DNA of 63,676 nt, counting the filler, from Guillardia theta CCMP2712 (lineage: Eukaryota; Protista; Cryptophyta): the NCBI RefSeq assembly GCF_000315625.1. It is 5 parts of 5 records of this genome, joined end to end, with 100 filler letters (N's around TTAATTAATTAA, not from the genome) between each part and the next. Parts side by side here need not be neighbours in the genome. Positions count along the whole stretch, not along the records: positions 1 to 19,751 come from NW_005434559.1; 4 more parts are not named here. One strand, given 5' to 3'. Position 1 is the first letter of the stretch. Each line of letters begins with the position of its first letter. Below the pieces are notes generated by a model that had not been told where the DNA came from, did no database searches, and was given only the letters and a program-made list of their open reading frames with translations. This document shows, in pieces, positions 1 through 10,708 of the stretch. The translations under genes and the position numbers were made by a program.

Positions 1-188
1 CAGGACAGGACAGGACAGGACAGGACACGGACACGGACAGGACAGGACAGGACAGGACAGGACAGGACAGGACAGGACAGGACAGGACAGGACAGGACAG
101 GACAGGACAGGACAGGACAGGACAGGACAGGACAGGACAGGACAGGACAGGACAGGACAGGACAGGACAGGACAGGACAGGACAGGAC
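1..188. repeat. (GACAG)n pentanucleotide microsatellite, probably intronic in the minus-strand GT41 gene
   Basis: Near-perfect GACAG array from the window start; the same unit recurs at about 33546-33600. Confidence 0.97.
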
Positions 189-189
189 A

Positions 190-1659
190 AGTCAGAGATG
201 TCAAATGTTGTCCCGTTGATGTCTTTCACCATCTTGGTGACGTAGCTTGCAAGTTTGGTCGTCATGGAGTCAATGTCGCGGATTTGAAACATGACCTGAG
301 AGAGAAAGAGATGTCAGGATGTATCAGGGCTTGGAGAAGCATCAGACATGAAGCATTGCTTGTCAATCATCGCAATCATCTCACAACTTTAACCACCATC
401 ACGTCCCATTTGTTGTGTGCAACATTCAAGAAACGCAAGTTGAACATCTCCAAACGTCAAATAGCCTCTTCCTCCCTCCTACCTAGGTCCTACCTTCCTC
501 TGATCTTGCTCCTGTCCTCCTACCTGCTCTCGCCTTCCTCTCGCCTCGCTCCTCCTACTCTTCTTTCTTCCTTCTCTTCCCTTACCGTGTAGAAGTTTTC
601 TCTTGGCAGGCCCTTCAGCAGCCCGAGGATCATTTTACTTACCTGCATCCCTTCAGCTTGACACCCTCCTGTCAAACTTTGACATCACTGAGTGCTGCCG
701 GAAATAGAGCGAGATGAAGCCAACGCGGATCTGCTGGCCAGCAGCTGGGGGTTGGTAGCTCTGTGCTGTCAGTGAGTGAACTCTAGAGTGTCAGGAGGAG
801 GCGAACGAGAGTGTGAGGGGCGCGGAAGGCGACGGAAGGAGCTGATTTGCGAAAGAGCCGCGCGATGGCGGCGTTGATGGACGCGTCGTTACGTCCTGCG
901 GGTGTGAGTCAGGGAGAGGGAAGGAGAGGGAGAAGGAGAGGAGAAGGTAGAAGGGGGAGAGAGAGAGTCAGGAAGAAGTTGACAAAGATCGAGTGAAAGC
1001 GAAGGGGAGGAAAAGAGGTGAACAAGGTAGAGGAAGGAAAGACGAAAGGAGGGAGTAGATAGGTGAATGAATGGAGCAGAGGAGCAGAGGGAGGCAGTGA
1101 GCCATCTGAGGGAGGAAGGAGTAAGAACGAGAGGAACAGGAGGGAAGGCAGCAAGGGCAAGAGCTAGTTGAAGGGGATAGGAGAAGGGCGAGGAAGAAGC
1201 TGAAGAGAAAGCAGAAAGCTAGTGAATTGTAACCGTGATAGCTGAGGTAGTACTGAGGAACTCCCTCCATGCCGATGGGATTCTTGATGAGGAGGTTTCT
1301 TTGCTCTAGTGCCTGCACCGGATGGAGTTTGGAGGAGGAAGAGGAGGGGGAGAACGAGAGACGAGAGACGAGAGACGAGAGACGAGAGACGAGAGACGAG
1401 AGACGAGAGACGAGAGGAGGAAGAGGAGCAGCAGCAGCATCAGCAGCGATGATTGGAGTGGAGATGGTCACCTTGAGGTTGGTTTGAAATTGATTCCTCC
1501 AAGCGAGGATGTCTTCCTCGTCCTCGTACACATAAGGCAAAAGCAACATAGAGTAAAGCCTGCTCAAGTGTGAAATATTGACCTCCTGCTCCACCTGCTG
1601 CAGCTCCTCCTCCTCCTCCTCCTCCTCCTCCTCCTCATCATCATCATCATCATCATCAT

Positions 1660-1690
<31 letters not shown>

Positions 1691-1718
1691 GTTGTCGTTG
1701 TCGTTGTAGTCGTCGTCG

Positions 1719-1754
<36 letters not shown>

Positions 1755-3678
1755 CTCTCCTGATTCTCAGATCAATCCCCTCTCATTCCCTCTTCGCATC
1801 CTTTTCTTGTTTTCCCGTGACCTCCTCGTACTCACAGTAGCCCGTCGTTGTTTGTGGAGTTCGCCACAAAGGCCAAGAGCTCCTGAGCCTCTGCAAAGCA
1901 GAACAACGGTAAAACTCTCCTGCCAACCTTTAGCACTTCCTACCATGACCAATACCCACACCACTAGTACCTCTCCCTCCTTCAGCTCATCCCCCCCAAA
2001 CTCACACCCATCCTTTCTCTAGTCACCACCACCACCACCACCACCACCTCCTCCTCCTCCTCCTCCCCTTCTCGCTCCCCCTTCCTCCCGTCTCCCTTTC
2101 ACTGTCAACCCATGTATCCTTCCCCCTCTTCCATCCTCCCGCTCCTTCTTCGCCCTCCAAGCAAGTCGATCAAAGGCTTGAGGAAACTACCTCGCGCTCT
2201 TCCATCCTTCTCTAGTTGTCTTCCAAGATTCTCGTAGGGGGCAAGGAAATTGAGTTTTGCTTTCTCAACGACTTGGATGCTGCAAAGAACAAAATCATAC
2301 CAACGAGCACACAAACATCGACGTCAATGTCAAGACTAGTTCCATCAGCATCCCTTTGGTAGTTGTGATCATCATCATCACCACCATCATCATCCCAATT
2401 AATCCATCAAAAAGAACACCTGTTTCGATACTCTATCTCAGCATCCGTGCGCTTCTTCATGCGATGTTGGTAGATCTTTCCCATCATGTTGTGGGCAACA
2501 GCCTGAGCAAGAAGAGTTTTACCCATTCAGCTCTCCTACCTCAACTCCACCTCTGCCTCCCTCCCTCCCTCCCTTCTCACTCGCTCCTCTCCCCTTCACC
2601 CATCGTCCTTCTATCTCACCCTCTCCTCATACCTCCTCCATCCATTCCACCTTCCCTTCCCTCCTCCCCCCCTTCCTCTCCTCCTGCTCACTTTCTGGAA
2701 GGGTTTCAAATCTGTCCTCTCCGTCGCTTTCTGCCATCATGTTACCACCTCCGCTGCGTCATCGCTGCTGATAGCAGACCTTGAGTTTCGCTGCCGCCTC
2801 CTCCATCTTCTGCTGCGCCTCCAGGAACACACCGAGCCAGTAGTAGTAGGGGCCTGTCTTGCTGTGCTGTTTGAAGCTCTCCCTCAGCATTGCCTCCGCT
2901 TCTGCCGCCCTTCCCTGTTGCAATAGACCCCGAGCATGGCTGATCACTTTATCCGCCTGCCGCAGTGTATGAGACATCGACCAGGAAAACGAGAGAAAGA
3001 GGGAAAGAAGGGAGCAGCAGGGAGGAGGAACGACAGAGAGCGAGAGGAAGGGAGGGAGAGGAAGTAGAGCAAGGGGCATGTTTACCTCCTTACGAGCCAT
3101 CCTGTTCTTGCCTGGCTCGCTGTTGTTCTCTTCCAGCTCCTTCTCTCGTGCTCGTCGGGAAGCCTGCTGTACAGTCTCGTTCCTCAGCACGTACCCTGAC
3201 ACCAGGAGGGAGGAGAACTCGTTCTTCACGCGGTAATCTTCCACAGAGCCATCTTTCAGCCAGCAATCGTACGCCTGATGTCTCTTCGGCGTCGCCCATG
3301 TCCAGAACTGGCACCGGTCGTCTCTCTTGCAAAGCTTGCAGCACCTGCAGGAAGGGAATCATCGCTCGACGATCAGCAAGAGTTGGACCCATCCACTTAC
3401 TCTCTGAAAGAAGGAACATGGTGGAACACCGCGAGGTCTCCATTGAAGCCATCACCGGGATAGTCTACCCCATGCTCCACCATGCACTGAAACTTCTTGC
3501 CCTTGCTCACCATCCCTTGCGGCTCTTCACCTTTCGAGCATTCTTGGTCGCGGCCTGAGCACACACCATCCACCACATCGTCTCCTCCTCCTCCTCCTCC
3601 TCCCTGACCCCCCGTGACTCCTATAAGTGCTACGAGCGCAGCCGCCATGGCCATCACCATCGAAGTTCCTCGGGCCAT
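190..3678 (-). CDS. Multi-exon protein: signal peptide + PAN/Apple domain + TPR + SPINDLY/OGT-like GT41 region; 3' part runs off the window
   Basis: ATG at 3678 with a hydrophobic leader (MVMAMAAALVALIGVTGG). Splicing GA|gtaag...ctgcag|G gives CMVEHGVDYPGD...SFRECCKLCKRDDRCQFWTW...YDCWLK...LVSG, a PAN/Apple Cys pattern. TPR-like exon ARGLLQQGRAAEAEAMLR...YYWLGVFL. GT41-like segments PQYYLSYHGYN, QIRVGFISLYFRQHS and SKMILGLLKGLPRENF. Internal exon borders are approximate. Confidence 0.72.
1356..1753. repeat. Intronic simple repeats: (GAGAGAC)n, (CTC)n, (CAT)n/(CGT)n
   Basis: Directly visible. They generate the spurious poly-M/T/R and RETRDER ORFs. Confidence 0.9.
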
Positions 3679-4531
3679 GCTGGGAGGTACTCACAAAGTA
3701 CTGATCGTTCCGCGGGTGTGACCTCGTCGTAAAAATCGTAGGACAGTAAGGACCGTCATAGGACATAGGACTCGGGGCCCGGCGGGCCACTCACGCAGCT
3801 GCCGCCGGTTCGGCATCACTGAGATTTACCTGTAGAGAGTATTAAGTTTAATTTTAAGATTTCTGAAATGACATTGTTTGGGATTGTTGCCCGTCAAAAC
3901 AAAATTCCATCCCTTTTGTCTTTCGATCCATTTGGAGGAAAATTCTTTTAAATCATCTATCCGTACATCCAATAATAATAACTGAAAGTTTATATACATT
4001 TTATAAAAAGACGTCTAAACAAGGTACAAAATTAAAAAGCCCACCCTACCCTAGCATATCCATGACTGGCCGCCCGGCGGGATAACCAACTCTTCACAGT
4101 CGGAGTTGGGGGGTGGTAGTTTGCCAGGGGTTCATGTCTGAATGCGCCTGGAAAGAGAGGACGTGCTGAGAGTAGAGAGACCAGGGCCCGAAAGAAGGAA
4201 TTCAAAGGAAAAAGATTTTATAGGAAACAGACTAATTGAAATAGGTAATGTATTGGTGTTGGGTCTCACAGCCAGGTGTAATTGTAGCGACCGATCAAGC
4301 GTCTGGGGTTGGTGAGGACCTGTCGAGTCGGATCGGGAACACGGGGAGCAACAATCCCAACCGATGGGGGTTACTACCCCCGGTGCTGAGGACCTACCCC
4401 ACTAACTCCATGACTACCTACCACCCTGCATGTCCCCGAAGGTGGAGTACCCTACATTTCATGGGCAACATCAGGTTTCGAATGGGGTGGGGTTATATAC
4501 AGCGCCCCGGTCACCAACGACAACGGTTCCC

Positions 4532-4570
4532 ATTGTCCTCGTACTAATTTTTAACTTAACTTTGAGTAAA
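4532..4570 (+). repeat. Dispersed 39-bp intergenic motif ATTGTCCTCGTAC-N-TTTAACTTAACTTTGAGTAAA, copy 1
   Basis: Matches 23581-23619 at 36/39 positions and 23353-23394 with a short insertion. Confidence 0.85.
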
Positions 4571-5069
4571 CATTTAATTCGCCTGGTCCGTCACTTGAAA
4601 CGATCACTTTTATTATTCGATAGAAATGCGCTCTTAATAATTATGATTATAGGATAAAGTAGACAATACTAATATTTTGGAAAGTAATAATACTTTAATA
4701 TATATATATAAACGTATGAAAATATCGGTTTTGGTACTAATTTAACTCACATGCGGCGTTTATAAATAATTATTGCTGATGTACCGTAGTATGACTCGGT
4801 ACAAAGTGCTGAACGTGGTACTACTTTCCCGCCAACCGTGAAATCTGGCCGGGCCATTCCAGCACGCTGCGGACGCCCGGCGCCATTCAGCCATTCTACA
4901 TCCGCCGGGGCCTACGTCAAGGGGGTAGTCGTCTTTATGAAGAATTCAATGGCCGCGGCAGTCCAATCTATGCATGCTATGAGGCTCCCGCATCGGACAT
5001 GGCCGTTAGTGACCGTACACAACGTTCACGGTTGATGTTTACTTTCAATACACTTTTAACCGCCCGCTC

Positions 5070-5180
5070 AGTGGGCGGCCCACGGTCCGACCGGCGCCGG
5101 CCCGGCACCGGCGTCCCGGCGCCGGAGTCCGGCCCGACTGGCATGCGGTCACCGGGGTGCCAGCTGAGCCCGGCCGGGTA
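5070..5180. repeat. GC-rich CCGG/GGCCC palindrome cluster upstream of the plus-strand gene
   Basis: Shares CCCACGGTCCGA and GGTCACCGGGG words with 23634-23790. Confidence 0.55.
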
Positions 5181-5744
5181 GGTCCACTGAGCGTTGAAAC
5201 TGAAATGAATGAGGCAGATGCAGTGATGGACTGGAGGAAAGAATGGCGAACTGAAACATCTGCTGACGAGATGGTATGGCAGCGACTCGACTCGACCCTC
5301 GGTGTAGAGCCACACTTTGAGGGCATGGCAGATCAGGCGACGAGGTAGCGCAAGGCTCCGACGGTCTGCTAGAGCACCACAGTTGGCTTCGAGACCTCTG
5401 AGCTACAGCGAGGTCAACGTGGTCACCGGGTGGAGGAAGCGAAGCAGCTGAATGCGGGAAGAAGACAAGTTTGCGATCAGTAGCAGCTGAGAAGGTGAGA
5501 GAAGAGCTGCAGGTACGAACAAGAACATGTTGCGACATTTGCATCATGTTGCCAAATGTTGCCTATGGTGTTATAAGGGTGACAAGGGTGGATAGTATGG
5601 AAGAAGGGAGTCAGAAGAAGAGCAGATGGAGATGCAGTTTGTCATCCATTGTTGCTTGATGTCTTGGAAGTGAATGAGTTCTCTTGTGAGTTGAGTTTTA
5701 ATTCACATCATTCTCAGCCCCTCCCCTTGTTTAATCATGTCGCA

Positions 5745-8700
5745 ATGGCGAAGTTCGACGCCCAACGTTCCGCATCGGCCGAGCACTTCCTTTTTGAGAA
5801 GCAGATCATCAGAGCTTACGAGGTCGGTGAGGATGTCAATGATGCAGAAGAAACACGGGCACGGGAAGCATGAGGAGTCCTCCGAGTCTCGTGAGTCCTT
5901 GCTCCCTGATCCTCCTTGCCTCATGTTTGTTCAGACCCTTCCTTCATCAGGCCGCGAACCTCGTTCCAGATCACCAGGTCAGGTCTCGAGCCTTCCTGAC
6001 CTCGTGCTGACGCTCCCGTGCTGCAGCGACGAGGCGATTCCTTCTCCTCTCTCTGCAAACTACGTGGGCGGGCCGAGGGCCATGTCAGACTCGTTCTTCG
6101 AGCCCTTCCTGCAGCCCGAGTTTCTAGGTCGAGGAAGGACGGAGTCGGTGACGTCGGAGATCAGGTCGTGCCCCTGCCCTCTCCCCTCCCTCCTCTGCTC
6201 AGCGGGGAATCAGGTTGAGGAGTGGGAGAATGCACTCAGCGGTGGCGCCTTCTCAGGGCTCTGAGGCTTCTACGGTCAGAGTAGCAGGGCGCTTGCTGGC
6301 AGGCTGACGCTCTTCCTGCTGCCGCAGAGCTTCTCGACCATCACCATGTCGGAGGTGCTGAGAGACTTGGAGACGTCGAGCAAGCGGAGGATCTCGGACA
6401 AGCACGCGGCGAAGCTCTTCGAGCAGTGAGCGCTGAGTTGTGCTAGCCTTACTTGTTGACCTCAACTATGGGCAGGTGGTTCAGAGACTTGAGCGTAGAC
6501 AAGAAGTTTCAGTCCAGCAGGTCGACGAGCTTCTGCTCTGCTCATGTCTGAGTCCTTTTGACAGCAACTTCGCTGAGGTGAAGCTCAAAGAGCTCACAAG
6601 GTCGGGCCCAACAGCCAACGGTCAGACCCTCCTCTTCCCTCTCTCCCTCTCTCGCTCTCTCGCTCTCTCGCTCTCTCTCTCTCTCGCTCTCTCCCTCCCT
6701 CTCGCTCTTCCTCTCTCCCTCTTCCCTCTCTCCCTCTCTCCCTTTCCGGCTCTCTCCTTCTCGTTTCTTTCTCCTCTCCTCCTCTCTACTTCTCTTTTCC
6801 TCCCCCAGGGACTGAAACTCTTACATCAGGCAACGCGGATTTCTCTACGGCAGAGGAGGCAAACACTGAGACTCTCCGTATTGCCTTCGCCTTTGAGCTG
6901 CTCGACAAGCTCTCCAACTCCCGCAACTCTGCCGCGCCTCTCCTGCGGATGGTGGCTGCCCCCTCTACCTGCTGCTCGCTCAGTCTCTCGGCAGATCCGG
7001 AACGAGCTGTTGAAGGCGGTGTACTCGGGGATAGAGGCAGAGGACCTGGCGGGCCCGAGGCTCAACTTTCTCTTGGACAAGACTCCCTTGTTTGTTGAGA
7101 ACCAACTCCTGACGGAGACTGTCCACTCCATCAACTCCAGGTGACGCCGTTGCTGTTGCAGACCTGATGCATCCGTTGGTGTTGCAACTGTTGCAGCTCT
7201 GATTCTCAGCTTGTCTCAGGATCCAGCAAGCCGAGAAGGCAGCGAGGCGAGATGAGAGACGGATCCTCGAGCTGGAGGAGGAGGTGGAGCACGCGACCGC
7301 GAGGCTGGAGGGGTACAAGCTCCGGATCCAGACGGTCGAGAGCGAGTTCGAGCATGAGAGAGAAGACAGAGCCAAGAAGGAGTCGCTGCTGTTCCAAGAG
7401 CTGCAGCAGCTGCGCGAGAAGCTGCTGCAAGGCCACGTGGTATCCTCTCAGTCCTATGCCCGGGAGGAGATCCCCTCCTTCTCCGAGCCTGCCTTCCTTC
7501 ACTCTGCCTCTCAAGCGGCCAAGGCAGCCTTTCAAGCTCTCCCGGCTCCCGCTCTTCAAGCTCTTCCTTCCTCCTCCACAGCTCCGCCAGCGGCACCGTC
7601 GGCAGCTCAGCCTTCCATCCAAGAGAGCGGGGAGGGGAGTCAGGAAGCGGAGAAGAAGGACATCAGCAGCGACATCTCCAACTTCGTGATGAAAGAGGCT
7701 TTCGAGACCTCCGCGTCCATGGTCCAGGTGGCCGTCGAGGCTGTCGAGGACGCGTACAAGATGTACCTGCACTACTGCGAGAGCACGAGGAGCCTTCTTC
7801 TCTCCTCCCCCAACGTCCGGCTCCTCCTCGAGCGAAACGAAACCAGCACCAATCTCCTCGAAATCCCCATCGTCGACCTGCTGCTGCGATGGGCCAACTA
7901 TCACCTCAGGGTCGTCCGCTCCCAGGTAGGAGAAGGAAGCTGGACGAGGATGTGGGAGGAAGAGGAAGAAGCAAGGGGAGGAGGAGGAGGATGGGGAAGG
8001 AGTAGGAAGATGGAGGATGAGGTGAGGGTTGACGGAGATGGCAGGACAACTTCTTTCAAGACTGGTCCTCCAAGTTCCGAAACATTCAAGACGTTGACGA
8101 GCTCTCGCTCCTGCAGATAGTCTTGCAGGTGACTCTTGTCTCTCTCTCGTGTTCTACTTCTTCCTCTCCTCTCCTCTCCTCTCCTTGTCCTGCCCTTGTC
8201 TCCTCTCCTCTCTTCTTCTGCTTCTCCTCTCCTCTCCTCGTCCCCCCCCCCCTCCCTCTCTCTAGCCGTTGTACCTCAACTCGAGCTGACGAGTGTTGAC
8301 TGTCTCCTGCAGATCCTGCCAGACGAGGCGAAGCCGCAGGAGCTGCGGGGCATGTCGGCGGTGGAGGTGAAGGGAGACAACAGCAGGGCTCTGTTCCCCA
8401 AGGTTTCTCAGATGCTGTCCCTCCTCACCTCCGACCCCAAGTGGCTCTCCTCGGACTTCTCCTCCGTCCCCCTCCGAGCGGAACTTCTCATGCTGCTCAT
8501 GGTCACAACCAACAGGCTCGACGGCTCGCTGTACGGCAAGGGCAAGGACTTGTACACGCGCGAGGCGAGCCTCAACGAGCTGCTAGACAAGGTGCGCGAC
8601 AACCATCGGATCTTCAAGGCCAAGATGCCAACAGTGGTGACGTCAAACTCGACCTTTGACAAGACCTCGGCCGAGCTGATGCTGCAAGACATGAAGGCGA

Positions 8701-10508
8701 TCCTAGAGCAGCTCCAGTCCTCCCACTCCGACTTCCTCGAGGTCCACCAGGAGCTGCACGAGCAGGTGCGGCTGTACACGGAGATCCAGAGGAGGGGGGT
8801 GTACCACCTCCAGGAGCGCTCCAACTACAAGGCATGGCAGCTCAAGGAGTGGATGAGCACGCAGGGCAGCCCGCGGGACAAGTCAGCTGGGTCCCAGCAG
8901 GGGAACCGCCGCAACGTGCTGGACTTCGTGCCGGGGAAGCTGAACCCTGAGAAGCTGACCAAGGAGATGAGGAGGATGATATCCAACATATCGCTGGAGA
9001 AACTTGACGACCTGGTCAAGAAGATGCTCTACCACGAGGCCATCCAGGGGCTCGAGAAGTGCGCGGAGCTGACGGTGACGCACTACAGCACCCTCAGGAA
9101 GGTCTTCCGCTACTACTGCAAGCTATACAGGAAGAACTCCTCCATGCTCGAGAGGTTGCCCCTTGCTCCCCTTGCTCCCCTTGCTCCCCTTGCTCCCCTT
9201 GCTCCCCTCCTGTAGATCCCCCTTCCTCTCCCTCCCTCCCGCCAGTTCCCTTCCCTCCTCCCTCCCTCTCCTTGTTCCCCCTTCCTGACGCCTTTCCAGC
9301 ATGGGAGGAGCCACCATGAGCATCTCTGCATGGGAGCTGCTGCTACGGGACGCCTACATCCTGGAGGAGGGGGAGGAGGGGCTGGCGATCAAGCCGCTGG
9401 AGGCGAACCAGGTCTTCCTCAAGACGCTGATCCGCCTCGACCCCAGGAAGGGGCAGGCGAGCGTGGACGAGCTAGAGGTCAACGACCTCATCGAAGCTCT
9501 CATCCGCCTCGCGCTCATCCTCAGCACGAGGACGGAGCAGTCGCTGCCGTTAGCCTACGAGAGGATCGTGAGGAACATCAAGACGTTCGGCAACAAGGAG
9601 GAGACTGAACACTTCCGTTCCGCCTCCCGCGCCCCGGCCGTCCACCGCGTCTTCCTCAACTACTCGACGATGCTGCTGCAGATCTTCCAGGTGCGGCATG
9701 CTGGCATGTGCGGGAGCTGACAGGGGAGCAGGACTACTCGTCCAAGGACACAACGGACCTGGTGGAAGACTCGTCGATGGTCATGAATCTCAAGGAGTTC
9801 ATGCAGTTCGTGCAAGACATGAAGGTGATGGACAACAACCTGACGGTCAACGTCATCATCAACATCTTCATCTACGTCCAAGATGACTCCTCCGCTAAGG
9901 ACGAGGTGTCCCCTTCTCCTGCCTCCTGCCTCCTGCCTCCTGCCTCCTGCCTCCTGCCTCCTCTTGCCCGATCCCTTCCCTCGTTCGCTCCTCTTCCTTC
10001 CCTCTTGTGGCCCCCCTGCTGTCAATCCTCTGCCCTCGTCCTGCTCGCTCCTCCTCTCGCTCGCTGCTGACTGAGGTGGAAGCAACCTTACCTGACGTCG
10101 GGAGACGATGAGAGGGAGATGGACTACATCGAGTTCCGCGAGGCTCTTTGCGGCATCGCCTGCTACAAGATCCTCGACCCTTACCTCACCCTTGCCCAGG
10201 TTCCTGCTGCTGCTGACCCTGCTGCTGCTGCTGACCCTGCTGCTGCTGCTGACCCTGCTGCTGCTGCTGACCCTGCTGCTGCTGCTGACCCTGCTGCTGC
10301 TGCTGACCCTGCTGCTGCTGCTGCTACTGCTGCTGCTGCTGCTGCTCATCGCGTCTCAGCTTCTCTACTCCCTCATTCGTTTCTTGTCCCCGCTCTTCTA
10401 CTTTTTCGCTTCTCCCTCCCCTTCCTCCCCTCTTGTCGTTGCTTGACTGCCTGGCAGAAACTCGAAACTCTGGTGGTCAACCACATGCTGCCCAACCTTG
10501 TCAAGTAG
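5745..10508 (+). CDS. Large multi-exon protein: coiled coil, calponin-homology-like segment, C-terminal EF-hand-like helical repeats (possibly cytoskeletal or flagellar)
   Basis: Exons in ORFs 7284, 8136, 9301, 9708 and 10119 are bounded by GT...CTGAC...AG introns. LLEIPIVDLLLRWANYHL resembles the fimbrin/plastin CH motif LLLRWANxHL. MNLKEFMQFVQD and MDYIEFREALCGIA are EF-hand-like. Stop TAG ends at 10508. The start is uncertain; upstream exons from about 5325 are possible. Confidence 0.62.
10203..10346 (+). repeat. 18-bp minisatellite (CCTGCTGCTGCTGCTGAC) x about 6, plus (CTG)n, inside the last intron
   Basis: Directly visible within intron 10200-10457. Confidence 0.9.
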
Positions 10509-10708
10509 CCGCAGGTCAGTCAGAAACTGTCTCTCCTTCTGTTCCTCCTCCCTACCCTCCTGCTCTCCCACTTCTTCCTTCCCTTTTTCTCTTCCTCCAC
10601 CATCTGACTGACGTCCAGCACATGCGCATCTGTTATTCTTTCAGTTTAATGTACATGAAACTAGAACCAAGTATTCTTACAATTAGACCTCAACACCACA
10701 TCGATCTC

